NCBI GenBank assembly: GCA_044225365.1
Contig: JBGAIQ010000009.1
Coordinates: 96,462 to 160,461, forward strand
From: Planctomycetota bacterium
Lineage (GTDB): Bacteria; Planctomycetota; B15-G4; JADJEK01
Direction: 5' to 3'
DNA length: 64,000 nucleotides
The notes beneath the pieces were generated by a model. It did no database searches. It was not told where the DNA came from and was given only the letters and a program-made list of their open reading frames with translations. The translations under genes and the position numbers were made by a program. This document shows, piece after piece, positions 8,776-18,837 of this stretch. Within the stretch, counting starts at the first letter, position 1. The number at the start of each line of letters is the position of its first letter.

Positions 8776-10203
8776 GTGATCCGCTTCTACAACACACTTT
8801 CGCGTCAGATCGAGGAGTTCGTCCCGCAGGAGAAGGGCAAGGTCCGCATGTACAACTGCGGCCCGACCGTCTACTCCAACCCCCACATCGGGAACTACCG
8901 CGCCTATGCGTTCTGCGATCTCCTGCGCCGCGTGCTCGAGATGGCGGGTTACTCCGTCACCCAGATCATGAACATCACGGACGTCGGGCACCTGCGCGAC
9001 GAGCGCAACGACGCCGGCGACGACCGGATGGAAGCGGCCGCGCGCGCGGAGCGGGTCGATCCGCAAACGATCGCGAAGCGCTACACCGATGAGTTCTTCG
9101 CCGGTCTCGAACTGCTCGGCATTCGCCGAGCGCACGAGCATCCGCGCGCTTCCGACAACGTGAAGCAGATGATCGAGATCATCGAATCGTTGATCGCGAA
9201 GGGCTTCGCCTACGTCGTCGATCACGAGGTCTACTTCGACGTGCCGAAGTTCCACGGCTACGGCAAGCTCTCCGGCAACGTCGGCGAAGAGGTCGAAGCC
9301 GGCGCTGGCGAGCGCGTCGCCGCCTCGGTCCTCGCGAAGAAACACGACAAGCGCGACTTCGCGCTGTGGAAGCACGATCCCGCGCATCTCCAGCAATGGG
9401 ATTCACCGTGGGGCCGCGGATTCCCGGGCTGGCACATCGAATGCTCGGCGATGGCGCGCCGCTATCTCGGCGACACGCTCGACATCCACACCGGCGGCAT
9501 CGACAACATGTTCCCGCACCACGAGTGCGAGATCGCGCAGAGCGAGGCATTCACGGGCAAGCCGTTCGTGCGCTACTGGCTCCACGCGGCGCACCTCGTG
9601 CTCGAAGGCGAGAAGATGTCGAAGTCGCTCGGCAACGTCCTGTTGCCGAGCGACCTCGTGAAGGACGGCGTGCCGGCGCGCGCGATCCGGTTCTACTTGC
9701 AGTCGGTGCACTACCGGCAGCCGATGAACTTCACGCGCGAAGAGTTGAAAGCGAAGTCCGCCGCGCTCGAGCGACTCCTCAACTTCTACGACGACATGCG
9801 GCATCGCGAGAAGAGCGGGAGCGACGCGCCGGTCACGGATTCGTTCCGCGCGCTCGTCGACACGGCCGCCGCACGCTTCCGCGATTGCCTCTACGACGAC
9901 CTCAATTCGTCCGGCGCGCTCGGTGCGATCTTCGAGATGATGAACGCCGTGAACGCGGCGTCGCCCGGAAAGGTCGGCGCCGCCCTCGTCACGAAGTTCC
10001 TGCGCGAGGCCGACTCGATCCTCGGCGTGCTGCCAATGGACACGCTCGATCTCGAATCGGAGATCGAAGCGAAGATCGCGCAGCGCGAAGCGGCGCGGAA
10101 GGCTCGCGATTTCAAGCTCTCCGACTCGATCCGCGACGAACTGCTCGCGCGCGGCATCACGCTGCTCGACACACCGCAAGGCGTGCGTTGGCGCAAATCT
10201 TGA
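8776..10203 (+). CDS. cysS: Cysteine--tRNA ligase
   Basis: 475 aa. [20 protein letters not shown] (HIGH motif). KMSKSLGNV (KMSKS). Class-I aaRS architecture, typical CysS length. Confidence 0.95.
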   Translation: MIRFYNTLSRQIEEFVPQEKGKVRMYNCGPTVYSNPHIGNYRAYAFCDLLRRVLEMAGYSVTQIMNITDVGHLRDERNDAGDDRMEAAARAERVDPQTIAKRYTDEFFAGLELLGIRRAHEHPRASDNVKQMIEIIESLIAKGFAYVVDHEVYFDVPKFHGYGKLSGNVGEEVEAGAGERVAASVLAKKHDKRDFALWKHDPAHLQQWDSPWGRGFPGWHIECSAMARRYLGDTLDIHTGGIDNMFPHHECEIAQSEAFTGKPFVRYWLHAAHLVLEGEKMSKSLGNVLLPSDLVKDGVPARAIRFYLQSVHYRQPMNFTREELKAKSAALERLLNFYDDMRHREKSGSDAPVTDSFRALVDTAAARFRDCLYDDLNSSGALGAIFEMMNAVNAASPGKVGAALVTKFLREADSILGVLPMDTLDLESEIEAKIAQREAARKARDFKLSDSIRDELLARGITLLDTPQGVRWRKS

Positions 10204-10215
10204 GCGTCGTGCGCC

Positions 10216-11007
10216 TCACGGCGCGCGGCGTCTCAGCTCCGACTCGAACGCGGCGCGGTGACTTCGACTGAGCGTCACCTGTTCGCCCGATGAGAGTTCG
10301 ATGCGAGCATCGCCCGCCGGCATCTTGGTGATCGTGACCACCGCGCCAACGCGGACGAGCGCCGAACGGTGCACGCGGACGAATCCAGAGGCGGCGAGCT
10401 CGCGTTCGGCTTGCGCGAGCGTCCGTCGCTCGAGGAGCGCTTCTCCCTTGCGATGCACCATCACGTAGTTCGAACGAGCCTCGATCCACTCGATCTCTTC
10501 GAGCGGGACGAGCACGATTCGACCGCGTTGCCGCACGATGAAGTTCGTTCGCCTGCGCGTCGCGGTCGCGTCGACGAGACGCTTCAGGTCCTGCTCGCGC
10601 GAGTGCGCTTCGTCACCGCCATCGCCGAACGCCGGTAGGGCACGCTTTGCGCGATCGAGCGCTCGCAGGAGTCGCTCACGATCGAACGGCTTCAGCAGGT
10701 AATCGAGCGCGTGGACGTCGAACGCCTTGAGCGCGTACCGATCGTACGCCGTCACGAAGATCACGACAGGAGGAGTGCCCTCGATTCGCGACAGCACCTC
10801 GAATCCATCGATTCCGGGCATCTGGACGTCCAGCAGTACCAGGTCCGGTCGTCTTTCCTCGATCCACTCCAGTGCCTCGATCCCGTCCTTTGCCTCCCCC
10901 ACGAGCTCGAATTCGGGCAGCGTCGCCAGGTCGTCGACGAGTCCGCGGCGTGCGATCGGCTCGTCCTCCGCGATGAGCACGGTGATGCGACGCCGCGCCG
11001 TCGTCAT
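10216..11007 (-). CDS. LytTR-family two-component response regulator (receiver + LytTR DNA-binding domain)
   Basis: 263 aa from MTTARRRITVLIAEDEPIARRGL...DLVLLDVQMPGIDGFEVL (REC) to a C-terminal LytTR domain (RTNFIVRQRGRIVLVPLEEIEWIEARSNYVMVH). The ORF-track entry 10216..12099 is trimmed to this internal ATG. Confidence 0.85.
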   Translation of the reverse strand: MTTARRRITVLIAEDEPIARRGLVDDLATLPEFELVGEAKDGIEALEWIEERRPDLVLLDVQMPGIDGFEVLSRIEGTPPVVIFVTAYDRYALKAFDVHALDYLLKPFDRERLLRALDRAKRALPAFGDGGDEAHSREQDLKRLVDATATRRRTNFIVRQRGRIVLVPLEEIEWIEARSNYVMVHRKGEALLERRTLAQAERELAASGFVRVHRSALVRVGAVVTITKMPAGDARIELSSGEQVTLSRSHRAAFESELRRRAP

Positions 11008-12083
11008 TCGCTCGTGCCTTCTTCGATTTGGGCGAATGGGATCTTGAGGCGCACGCTCGCGCCGCCCCCCTGCCGACGCTCGAGCGTCAATTCCCCGGCT
11101 GTGCCATAGAGCGCGTCGATCCGCCGCCGCGTATTGCCGATTCCGATGCCTTCGACGAGATCGGCCGCCGCGGGCGGATCCTCGCCGTCGTCGTCCACGC
11201 CGAGAGTCAACCGATCGCCGTCGCGGCGCGCCCGTATCTCGATCCGCCGAGTTCCAGGACAGCGCTCGATGCCGTGGCGGATCGCGTTCTCGACGAGCGG
11301 GAGCAACGCCTGACTCGGAACGCGTGCGCCTCGCACGCCGGCCTCGATGTCGACGTCGATCACGATGCGATCGCCGAACCGGATCTTCTGGATCTCGAGG
11401 TAGGGATCGAGGCGCGCCACTTCGTGCTCGAGCGCGACCTCCTGCGTGTCTCGTTCGTCGAGATGCGATCGCAGGAGGTCGCCGAGGAGCGTCGTCATCC
11501 TCGTCGCGGACGTGGGATCGGTTCGCGCCGCGATGCCGACGGCATGCAATGTGTTGAACAGGAAGTGCGGTTCGAGCTGGCTCTTCAGCGCGGAGAGGCG
11601 GGCCGCGATCAGGTCGGTTCGCATGCGCTCGGCGAGCACGGCTTCGCGACGCTCCCTCCGCCGATGCGCAGCGAGCAAGGCGACGCCGACGATGGCGAGG
11701 GCATGCAGGCTCGTGAACGGGATCGATCGCCCGAGGTGATCGAGCGCCCCTTCGACGAGCGGCGTCTCGTCGAGGCGTTGCGGCGCGACGAAGCCGTACG
11801 CGATGAGCGTCCGCTGCACCCCGAACGAAGCGAGCGTGAAGAGCGTCGCGACCGCGCCGACGAGGAGCGCGACGAGCACGCTCCTCATGGGTTCCGTGAC
11901 CCGCAGGACGCGCGCGGAGACGTGGAACACGAACGGCGTCAGCGGCGCGAAGGGCAACCATTGCGTCGCCGTCGAGGTGGCGATCCCGGGCCAGATCGGT
12001 GCGTCGGGGGTCCAGAACGCATGCTCGTGGAGGAAGAGCAGGGAACCGAATGCGCAGAAGAACGCGAACGAGCCGATCCACAT
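11004..12083 (-). CDS. LytS-type sensor histidine kinase (His_kinase/HATPase_c) with short N-terminal membrane domain
   Basis: 359 aa. N-terminal TM segments MWIGSFAFFCAFGSLLFL...; LEPHFLFNTLHAV (PF06580-type H-box); HATPase motifs LVENAIRHG, GIGIGNTRRR. 4-nt ATGA overlap with the downstream response regulator. Confidence 0.8.
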   Translation of the reverse strand: MWIGSFAFFCAFGSLLFLHEHAFWTPDAPIWPGIATSTATQWLPFAPLTPFVFHVSARVLRVTEPMRSVLVALLVGAVATLFTLASFGVQRTLIAYGFVAPQRLDETPLVEGALDHLGRSIPFTSLHALAIVGVALLAAHRRRERREAVLAERMRTDLIAARLSALKSQLEPHFLFNTLHAVGIAARTDPTSATRMTTLLGDLLRSHLDERDTQEVALEHEVARLDPYLEIQKIRFGDRIVIDVDIEAGVRGARVPSQALLPLVENAIRHGIERCPGTRRIEIRARRDGDRLTLGVDDDGEDPPAAADLVEGIGIGNTRRRIDALYGTAGELTLERRQGGGASVRLKIPFAQIEEGTSE

Positions 12084-12208
12084 GCTCAGCCTCCGCCACG
12101 AAGCCGGATCCTCGGCAGCGGGTTCACCCGGCTCGATCTCACTCACAAGACGCACTCGGCTCGACAATCGACCCCTCACGACTCCTGTGTTCGCATTCGA
12201 TCCGGCGA

Positions 12209-13402
12209 TCAGCGCGCGCCCGTCGGACCCGATTTCGAAGCGCTCCGCACCGAGTTCGCCGGCGACTCCGAGCCCGACGCCGGCGGCCAAGGATACTCCA
12301 TCCCGCGGGCGGTCCTCTCGGCGACGTCCTTTCCGAGATCGCGCTCGACGAGATGGAGCGCCGCGTCGATCCCTGCGGAAACGCCCGCCGCGGTCACCAC
12401 CTTGCCATGGTCGACGTAGCGAACGCCCCTCACCACGTCCACCTTCGGGAAGTCGCGGGCGAGTCCGCCAAGAGCCGAGTGATGCGTCGTCGCCGACTTG
12501 CCGTCGAGCAGGCCGGTCTTCGCGAGCACGAAGGCGCCGGTGCACACGGAGAGGATCTGCGTCGAGGGCGTCGCGGCGGCCGCGAACCACTTCATGAAAG
12601 CCGTGTCTTCGAGGAGTCGTGGCGTATCGCCACCCGGCACGACGATCACGTCGGGAACGGGGCAGTTCTCGATCGTGTACGTCGGGACGATCGTCGCGTC
12701 GATTCCGTTTGGATGCACGGGAGTCGACGTCGAAGCCACGTAGAAGACCTGGTAGCACGGACCCTCGATGCGCCGGATCGCCGCTCCGAAGACTTCGGAC
12801 GGACCCGCGAAGTCGAGCATCTCGACGCCCTCGTGGATCACGATCGCCACCTTCGACGCATGACTCACGATCGAATCCATGGCGCGCTCGAAGCGCGGGT
12901 CGGCGCGCAGCTTCTTCAGGTCGGGATCATGACGGATGAGTCCCTCATTGCCGAGGCCCGCTGCGATCGCGCGCGAGAGACTCTCGAACGCGACGTCCGA
13001 TCGATCGAGCATCGCCTGCGCGCAGGCGATGTCGTACAGACTGAGGACGTGGACTTCGTGTTGCGATGGAGTCGCCGCATTCTCGGTGAGTTTCGCCGCG
13101 CGTTCGTGCGCGGGGAGCGCGTCGGTGAACCGCCCGAGTGAATGCAATGCGAACCCCAGGCGATGCCAGGCGACGGCATCGTCGTCGTGCGACGCGACGA
13201 GTCGCTGATAGGCCTCGGCAGCGGCCACCCAGTCGCCGGCATCGAAGGCCTGCGACGCTCGTTGCGCGAGATTCTCGTCCGCGGGTTTCGCCGCCTCACC
13301 GACGCCCGTCGGCGCGCTCCCTTGCGCATGGGCAGTACCGACGGCAAGCATGAGAATCGCGGGAATCAGCGCAAATCGGGTCCGTTCGAAATCCATGACC
13401 AT
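12209..13402 (-). CDS. Secreted TPR-repeat + DJ-1/PfpI (class I glutamine amidotransferase-like) fusion protein
   Basis: 397 aa. Signal MVMDFERTRFALIPAILMLAVGTAHAQ. TPR-like helical region. DJ-1/PfpI core with the nucleophile elbow ...ILSVCTGAFVLAKTGLLDGKSATTHH. The ORF-track entry 12209..14020 is trimmed. Confidence 0.75.
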   Translation of the reverse strand: MVMDFERTRFALIPAILMLAVGTAHAQGSAPTGVGEAAKPADENLAQRASQAFDAGDWVAAAEAYQRLVASHDDDAVAWHRLGFALHSLGRFTDALPAHERAAKLTENAATPSQHEVHVLSLYDIACAQAMLDRSDVAFESLSRAIAAGLGNEGLIRHDPDLKKLRADPRFERAMDSIVSHASKVAIVIHEGVEMLDFAGPSEVFGAAIRRIEGPCYQVFYVASTSTPVHPNGIDATIVPTYTIENCPVPDVIVVPGGDTPRLLEDTAFMKWFAAAATPSTQILSVCTGAFVLAKTGLLDGKSATTHHSALGGLARDFPKVDVVRGVRYVDHGKVVTAAGVSAGIDAALHLVERDLGKDVAERTARGMEYPWPPASGSESPANSVRSASKSGPTGAR

Positions 13403-13696
13403 CCTCTCGTATTCGAGCTCGCTTCGTCTTTGGGCGGCAGGGCGCGCTCGGCCAGCTCGATGACCGGCGCGCCTTGAATGGAACCGAGGCCAACGCCGGA
13501 TGCGTCCCTGCTGGGACCAACCGTTCTCTCCTTGTCGCGAGGGACGGCCGACGGGTCGATCTCGGGCGATTTCTCCCAAGTGCGCAGAATTTGGCGGAGC
13601 GACGGCGCCCGACTCCACCGTTTTGCCCACTGCTCGCGCCGATTCGTGCGGCACCTCGTTCGCTCTTCGAGCGAGCGAGCTTTCCGGAGGTGTTCC

Positions 13697-14509
13697 ATGC
13701 GTGTGATCGACATCATGACGAAGAACTGCGTCACCATCGAGCCGATGGCGTCGCTGAAGCAGGCGATGGACGAGATGGAACGGCACGACGTGCGACATCT
13801 CGTCGTCGTCGACGCGGATGGACGGCTCGAGGGCATCGTCTCCGATCGCGATCTGCTCGCGGCGACGGGATGGGTCGATGATCCGACCGATTCCCGGCGT
13901 GTCATGGATGTGATGCATCGCGACGTGAAGACGACGAATCGCCAGGCGGAGGTCGTCGCGATCGCGACCGAGATGATCGTCGATGCGATCGGCTGCTTCC
14001 CGGTCGTCGAGGACGACCACGTCGTCGGCATCGTCACGGAGACCGATCTCGTCGGGGCGTTCCTGAAAGCGCTGGAGCAGGGCATCCTCCCCCGCGACGC
14101 GGATCCGTTGATCGCGACGAAGATGACGCGCGATCCGCTCTGCATCTCACCCTCGGATACCTTGCTGGAAGCGCGACTCATCCTGCGAGCGCGCAAGATC
14201 CGCCATCTCCCAGTGATCGACGGGGATCGCGTGCTCGGCGTGCTGTCCGACCGCGATACGCGGCGCGTCGAAGGACGCCATCAACTTCGCGAGCCGGTGC
14301 TCGCGGAAGCGATCAAGCGTCACGTCGTCATCATCGCTCCCGATCAACGCCTCTCGACCGCCGCCGTGCTGATGTTGGATCGCAAGATCAGCTGCCTGCC
14401 CGTGGTCACGCCGGACACGAACAAGCTCGTCGGCATCCTGACCCTCGCCGATCTGCTCGACCATTGCGCCGCGACGCTCTGGCAACCGACGAGATTCGTG
14501 ACGGCGTAA
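13697..14509 (+). CDS. Standalone CBS-domain protein (two CBS pairs)
   Basis: 270 aa from MRVIDIMTKNCVTIEPMASLKQAMDEMERHDVRHLVVVD. Four CBS-like repeats (GIVSDRDLL, GIVTETDLV, GVLSDRDTRR, GILTLADLL). No fused catalytic domain. Confidence 0.8.
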   Translation: MRVIDIMTKNCVTIEPMASLKQAMDEMERHDVRHLVVVDADGRLEGIVSDRDLLAATGWVDDPTDSRRVMDVMHRDVKTTNRQAEVVAIATEMIVDAIGCFPVVEDDHVVGIVTETDLVGAFLKALEQGILPRDADPLIATKMTRDPLCISPSDTLLEARLILRARKIRHLPVIDGDRVLGVLSDRDTRRVEGRHQLREPVLAEAIKRHVVIIAPDQRLSTAAVLMLDRKISCLPVVTPDTNKLVGILTLADLLDHCAATLWQPTRFVTA

Positions 14510-14511
14510 AC

Positions 14512-14536
14512 GCGCGGCCGCGCACCCGGTTTTTTT
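14512..14536 (+). terminator. Rho-independent terminator of the CBS gene
   Basis: Self-complementary gcgcggccgcgc, 3 nt after the TAA stop, followed by acccgg and a T7 tract. Confidence 0.55.
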
Positions 14537-14596
14537 GAACGCAACGGCGGGCGTAGGGGCGCACGGATTGTGCGCGCGAGTCTCACCCCGCCGACC

Positions 14597-14965
14597 CTAG
14601 AACGGCCGGTGGCGCGATTCGACGGCGTAGAGCTTCGAGTAGGCCTCGAGGAGTTGCCGCGAGCGCTCGTACGATTCCGATTCGTCGGCGGCGTCCGCCT
14701 CGGGCTTCAGCTTCGCGTCGTTGCGGAAGATCTCGAGCAAGGCCTCGTAACGCTCATGAGCGGCGAGCATCGAGCTGATGTTCGTGGCCTGATCGTGGCG
14801 GGCGACGTCGTCGAGGACGTTGATCGCTTCCTCGGCGGCGATATCGAGCGCCTCTTCCAGGCGATTCCAGCGCTTGTGACCTTCGGTCTGCGTATCGATC
14901 CGCTTCCGAGTCTCCTCGACTCGCGCAGCCACTTCGGAAGCGATCGCCTTCGGGTCGAACATCAC
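14597..14965 (-). CDS. Hypothetical helical protein downstream of rbfA (sits where truB would be expected)
   Basis: 122 aa (MMFDPKAIASEVAARVEETRKRIDTQTEGHKRWNRLEEALDIAAEEAINVLDD...). 4-nt overlap with the rbfA stop. No recognisable domain. Confidence 0.5.
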   Translation of the reverse strand: MMFDPKAIASEVAARVEETRKRIDTQTEGHKRWNRLEEALDIAAEEAINVLDDVARHDQATNISSMLAAHERYEALLEIFRNDAKLKPEADAADESESYERSRQLLEAYSKLYAVESRHRPF

Positions 14966-15411
14966 TCGTCCTCGTCCGGCTCCGATTCGTGCGGGGCCGC
15001 TTTATCCTCGGTCGGCTCGGGCGTCGCCTCGGGAGCTTCGGACTCGGGCAACTCTCCGCGGGCGCGGCGCTCCGCGTCGAGGTCCTTCAGGAGGTGGTCG
15101 ACGCGCATCGAGCCATCGATCGAATCGTCGTACTGGAAGATCAGGTGCGGAACGGTGCGGGTGCGCAGGACCTTTCCGAGCGTGTGCTGGATGAACCCGC
15201 GGGCTTCGTCGAGAGCGTGCTTCGTCTTGCTCTTGTCGCCCTCGCTGCCGAGCACGGAGTAGAAGACCTCGCAGCGCGACAGATCGCGCGCGAGCTTCAC
15301 GCGCGTGATCGTCGTGAACGCGATGCGCGGATCCTGCAATTCGAAGAGCACGATCTGCGCGACGCGCTCGCGGATCCGCTCTGCCAGTTTCGAGTCAGCG
15401 TTCCAGCCCAC
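14962..15411 (-). CDS. rbfA: Ribosome-binding factor A
   Basis: 149 aa. RIRERVAQIVLFELQDPRIAFTTITRVKLARDLSRCEVFYSVLG is the classic RbfA KH-like core. Position after infB/DUF503. Acidic C-terminal tail. Confidence 0.9.
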   Translation of the reverse strand: MGWNADSKLAERIRERVAQIVLFELQDPRIAFTTITRVKLARDLSRCEVFYSVLGSEGDKSKTKHALDEARGFIQHTLGKVLRTRTVPHLIFQYDDSIDGSMRVDHLLKDLDAERRARGELPESEAPEATPEPTEDKAAPHESEPDEDE

Positions 15412-15420
15412 GTCGCGCCT

Positions 15421-15711
15421 TCATTCGATCGATTGAATGTTCCAGTCGAGCAGCTCCGCCTCGGGATGTACCCGAAGCTGCTGCAGGATCGCGTCGAGTT
15501 CGCCGCGAACGTATCCGCTGTCGGAGCCGACCGCCGCGAACCCCAGGACGATCGACTGCCAGAGATCCTGGTCGTCGACCTCCGCCACCGACACGTTGAA
15601 GCGCGCGCGGATGCGGTCCTTGATGCTCCGCAGCACCTTGCGCTTCTCCTTCAAGGAGTGCGAGGACCGCAGCCGCATTCTCACTTCGAGAACGGAGGCT
15701 TCGAGCGCCAC
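15421..15711 (-). CDS. DUF503 (YlxP-like) protein, typical infB-rbfA intervening gene
   Basis: 96 aa (MALEASVLEVRMRLRSSHSLKEKRKVLRSIKDRIRARFNVSVAEVDDQDLWQSIVLGFAAVG). Conserved operon position. Confidence 0.8.
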   Translation of the reverse strand: MALEASVLEVRMRLRSSHSLKEKRKVLRSIKDRIRARFNVSVAEVDDQDLWQSIVLGFAAVGSDSGYVRGELDAILQQLRVHPEAELLDWNIQSIE

Positions 15712-15723
15712 GAGTACCTTCGA

Positions 15724-18700
15724 TCAGCTCGCACCCGCCGAGAAGTCGAGCGTGCGCTTCTCTTCTGCGACCTCGAAGGCCTCGACGATGTCGCCGACCT
15801 TGATGTCGTCGTAGCCATCGACCTTGAGACCGCACTCGAGGCCTTCCTTGACCTCGCGCACGTCGTCCTTGAATCGCTTGAGCGAGGCGAGTTTGCCGGT
15901 GTGGACGATGCGACCATCGCGCGTGAGGCGAATCTTCGCGTTGCGCTTGACGATGCCGTCCTTGACGATACAGCCAGCGATCGTGCCGACCTTCGAGACC
16001 TTGAAGATCTCGCGGATCTCGACGTGACCGATGACCGCCTCCTTCTGGATCGGCGACAGCTTGCCTTCCATCGCGGCCTTCACGTCGTCCACCAGCTGGT
16101 AGATGATCTCGTAGGTCCGGATATCGACGCCGCGCTGATCGGCGAGGGATCGCGCCTTGTCGTCGGCGACCACGTTGAAGCCGATGATCGTCGCTTCGGA
16201 AGCGATCGCGAGCAGCACGTCGTCCTCGGTGATGCCACCGAGCGCGTCGCGGATGATCTTGATCTTCACTTCCTTCTTCGACAGCGACTCGAGCTCCTTC
16301 TTCACGACTTCGAGCGAGCCCTTCACGTCGCAGCGGACGATGAGGAGCACTTCCTCGGCCTTGCCGGCTTCGAGGTTCGCGAACAGGTTCTCGAGCGTGA
16401 TGTTGTTGCGCGACGGACCCGTGACGCGGTCCTTGTTCTTCGAATGCAATCGCTCCTCGGCGACCTCGCGAGCCTGCTTCAAGCTCTCGAGAACGAAGAA
16501 CGGCGCCGAAGCGTCCGGCGGGTCGTTGAGGCCGAGCACGTTGACCGGAGTGGATGGCGCCGCTTCGGTGATGCTCGTGCCGTCGTCCGCGATGAGCTTT
16601 CGGATGCGACCGTAGCTCGTGCCCGAGAGCATCACGTCGCCGACGCGGAACGTGCCCTCCTGCACCAGCACCGTCGCGATCGCGCCGAGCTGATCGTCCT
16701 TGCGCGCCTCGATCACGGTGCCGCGCGCCTCGCGCGTCGGGTCGGCCTTGAGGTCCATGACCTCGGCCTGCAACGTGATCTTCTCGAGCAATTCGTCGAT
16801 CCCGCGGCCGGTCGTCGCCGAGGTCTTCGCGACCTGGACGTCGCCGCCCCATGCCTCGACGAGCACGCCCGCGGTGGCGAGTTGCTGCATGACACGGTCG
16901 GCGTTCGCTTCGCCGCGGTCGATCTTGTTGAGTGCCACCACGATCGGGCACTTCGCGGCCTTCGCGTGCTGGATCGCCTCCTCGGTCTGCGGCATGACGC
17001 CGTCGTCGGCGGCGACGACGAGCACGACGATATCGGTCACGTTCGCGCCGCGGGCGCGCATCTCCGTGAACGCCTTGTGACCCGGCGTGTCGAGGAGCGT
17101 GATCTTGTGGCCGGTCGGCGACGTCACGCTGTACGCGCGCATCGACTGCGTGATGCCGCCGGCCTCACCCGCTGCGACGTTCGAGTTGCGAATGCGGTCG
17201 AGCAGCGAGGTCTTGCCATGGTCGACGTGGCCGAGGAACGCGACGACGGGCGGGCGCGGTTGCAGCCGACCGGTTTCCTCGCGGGCCGCGAGCTTCTTGT
17301 CCATCGCATCGACCTTGGCCATCAGCGTCTGTTCGAGGTTCTGCTTCGCGACGATGTTCACTTCGCGATTGCGAGCCGCCGCGACTTCGAGCACGGCCAT
17401 TTCGTTCAACGCGCTGTTCACACCGGCTTCGTGACCGCCGCCGAGAAGGATGCGCAAGATCTCGGAAACCTTTGCGCCGAGCAACGACGAGAGATCGCGC
17501 ACACTGATCGGAACCGCGACTTCGAGCGGACCGGTGGGGACCGGCGGAGCCTGGGGCTTCTTCGCTTTGCGCGGACCGACGCGGCGCGGCGGTCGCCGCA
17601 GACTGTTCGCCGCCTGCCGCAGGCGGATGCTCTGCAGCAGCGGATCGTCCTCGTCGTCCGGATTCCATGCCGCGGAGTCGGAACGTCCGCGGATCCCGCG
17701 TTTCTTCGCGTTCTCCGCTTCGGTGATCGGATCGAGGATCGGACCCCGTCCGGGACCGCGCGCCGCGGCAGCGCCCGCATCGGGGCTCGCGCCCGGCGCG
17801 TTCGTCGTCGTCGGACCCGGAGCGGTCCGCATCTGCCGCTGCCGCTCGAGTTCCTCGCGAGGCAGCTCGATACGACCGAGGATCTTCGCGCCACCCGCCG
17901 GGCGAGAAGGACGCTTGATCGGACTCTGCGGCGCCGCGCCCGTGGCGGCGGTGCCCGCTCCACCCTGCCCGCCCGGCGCGCCGTGCTGGCTGGAAGGATC
18001 GTTCGTGCGAGGCGGCGGCGGAGCCACCGGCCCACCGCGAACGGTGCGCCCGCCCGGGAGATTCGCGCCCGACATCGAACCGAGGGATCCGATCGGTCCG
18101 CGAGCTGCGATCGAAGGCCGCGCCGGCGGCGCGGAGTGACTGGGAGACGGCGGCGCCGTCGAAGGCGATGGCGTACGCGGCGGCGCGGGCGGCACGGGCG
18201 CAGCGGGCGTCACCGCGGCCGCGGCCGGCCGCACGGGCTCGGATGGATGACTCTCCTTCGGCTTCGCCGCGGGCACGTGCGCGGGCGCTACCGCGGGCTT
18301 CTCCGCTTCGGGGGCCACGCTCGCGGGAGCCGCCGGCGGCTCGACGCGCGCGACCGGAGGGGCGGCGCTCTGGGGTGCGGGCGACGGAGGAGCCGTCGGA
18401 GCCGCAGCGACCGGTGCCACGGGCTCGGGGGCACTCACGCTCGAGCTCTCGCTCTCGCTCGAACCTTCGAAGCCACTCTCACCGGGCACGGACTCGTAGG
18501 AGTCGCCATCGCCCTCGGTCGCTTCGCCTTCGTTCTCGGAGGTGCGCACGCGCATGCGGCGCTTGCGCGGCTCCGCCTTCGCGGCGTCGGCAGGAGCGAC
18601 TTCCACGGCCGCGACCGGCGGCGGCGTCGAATCGCCGTGTTCTTCGCGGTAGGCCGCCTTGAGCAGAGCGATCTCGCCGACCGTCAAGGTCGCCGAGTGA

Positions 18701-18837
18701 TTGCGCGCCTTGAGGCCGAGCTCCTTCGCGAGAGCGAGCAGGAGCTTGCTCTCGGCGCCGATTTCCTTGGCCAATTCGTGAAGTCTCATCGTGTGATCAC
18801 CGCGTACGTCGCGACCTCGGAGGTCGGCGACGCTCAC
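15724..18837 (-). CDS. infB: Translation initiation factor IF-2
   Basis: 1037 aa. Long low-complexity P/A-rich N-terminus. G domain [22 protein letters not shown]-terminal beta-barrel domains. 4-nt overlap with the nusA stop. Confidence 0.95.
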   Translation of the reverse strand: MSVADLRGRDVRGDHTMRLHELAKEIGAESKLLLALAKELGLKARNHSATLTVGEIALLKAAYREEHGDSTPPPVAAVEVAPADAAKAEPRKRRMRVRTSENEGEATEGDGDSYESVPGESGFEGSSESESSSVSAPEPVAPVAAAPTAPPSPAPQSAAPPVARVEPPAAPASVAPEAEKPAVAPAHVPAAKPKESHPSEPVRPAAAAVTPAAPVPPAPPRTPSPSTAPPSPSHSAPPARPSIAARGPIGSLGSMSGANLPGGRTVRGGPVAPPPPRTNDPSSQHGAPGGQGGAGTAATGAAPQSPIKRPSRPAGGAKILGRIELPREELERQRQMRTAPGPTTTNAPGASPDAGAAAARGPGRGPILDPITEAENAKKRGIRGRSDSAAWNPDDEDDPLLQSIRLRQAANSLRRPPRRVGPRKAKKPQAPPVPTGPLEVAVPISVRDLSSLLGAKVSEILRILLGGGHEAGVNSALNEMAVLEVAAARNREVNIVAKQNLEQTLMAKVDAMDKKLAAREETGRLQPRPPVVAFLGHVDHGKTSLLDRIRNSNVAAGEAGGITQSMRAYSVTSPTGHKITLLDTPGHKAFTEMRARGANVTDIVVLVVAADDGVMPQTEEAIQHAKAAKCPIVVALNKIDRGEANADRVMQQLATAGVLVEAWGGDVQVAKTSATTGRGIDELLEKITLQAEVMDLKADPTREARGTVIEARKDDQLGAIATVLVQEGTFRVGDVMLSGTSYGRIRKLIADDGTSITEAAPSTPVNVLGLNDPPDASAPFFVLESLKQAREVAEERLHSKNKDRVTGPSRNNITLENLFANLEAGKAEEVLLIVRCDVKGSLEVVKKELESLSKKEVKIKIIRDALGGITEDDVLLAIASEATIIGFNVVADDKARSLADQRGVDIRTYEIIYQLVDDVKAAMEGKLSPIQKEAVIGHVEIREIFKVSKVGTIAGCIVKDGIVKRNAKIRLTRDGRIVHTGKLASLKRFKDDVREVKEGLECGLKVDGYDDIKVGDIVEAFEVAEEKRTLDFSAGAS

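Noticed and set aside
4938-9092. Very long plus-strand ORFs (4938..9092 1384 aa, 14989..19179 1396 aa, 34959..38906 1315 aa, 41036..43054, 50138..51772, 52432..54921 and others) overlapping minus-strand genes
   Set aside because: Translations are R/A/G/D-rich low complexity with no motifs. The opposite strand encodes clearly recognisable proteins (STK, IF-2, PQQ giant, BatB-like, enolase, HEAT protein). They are typical stop-codon-poor antisense frames of ~70% GC DNA.
10216-12099. ORF-track N-terminal extensions that fuse real genes with upstream sequence (10216..12099, 11004..12758, 12209..14020, 18834..20351, 20197..22506, 22937..24457, 27739..30669, 38952..41192, 50195..51781, 52768..54771, 55016..55684)
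   Set aside because: The extensions are Arg-rich junk upstream of clear native N-termini (receiver-domain starts, signal peptides, enolase MTSIEH..., NusA MNGEEL...). They were trimmed to the internal start that matches the domain boundary or a 1-4-nt overlap with the upstream gene.
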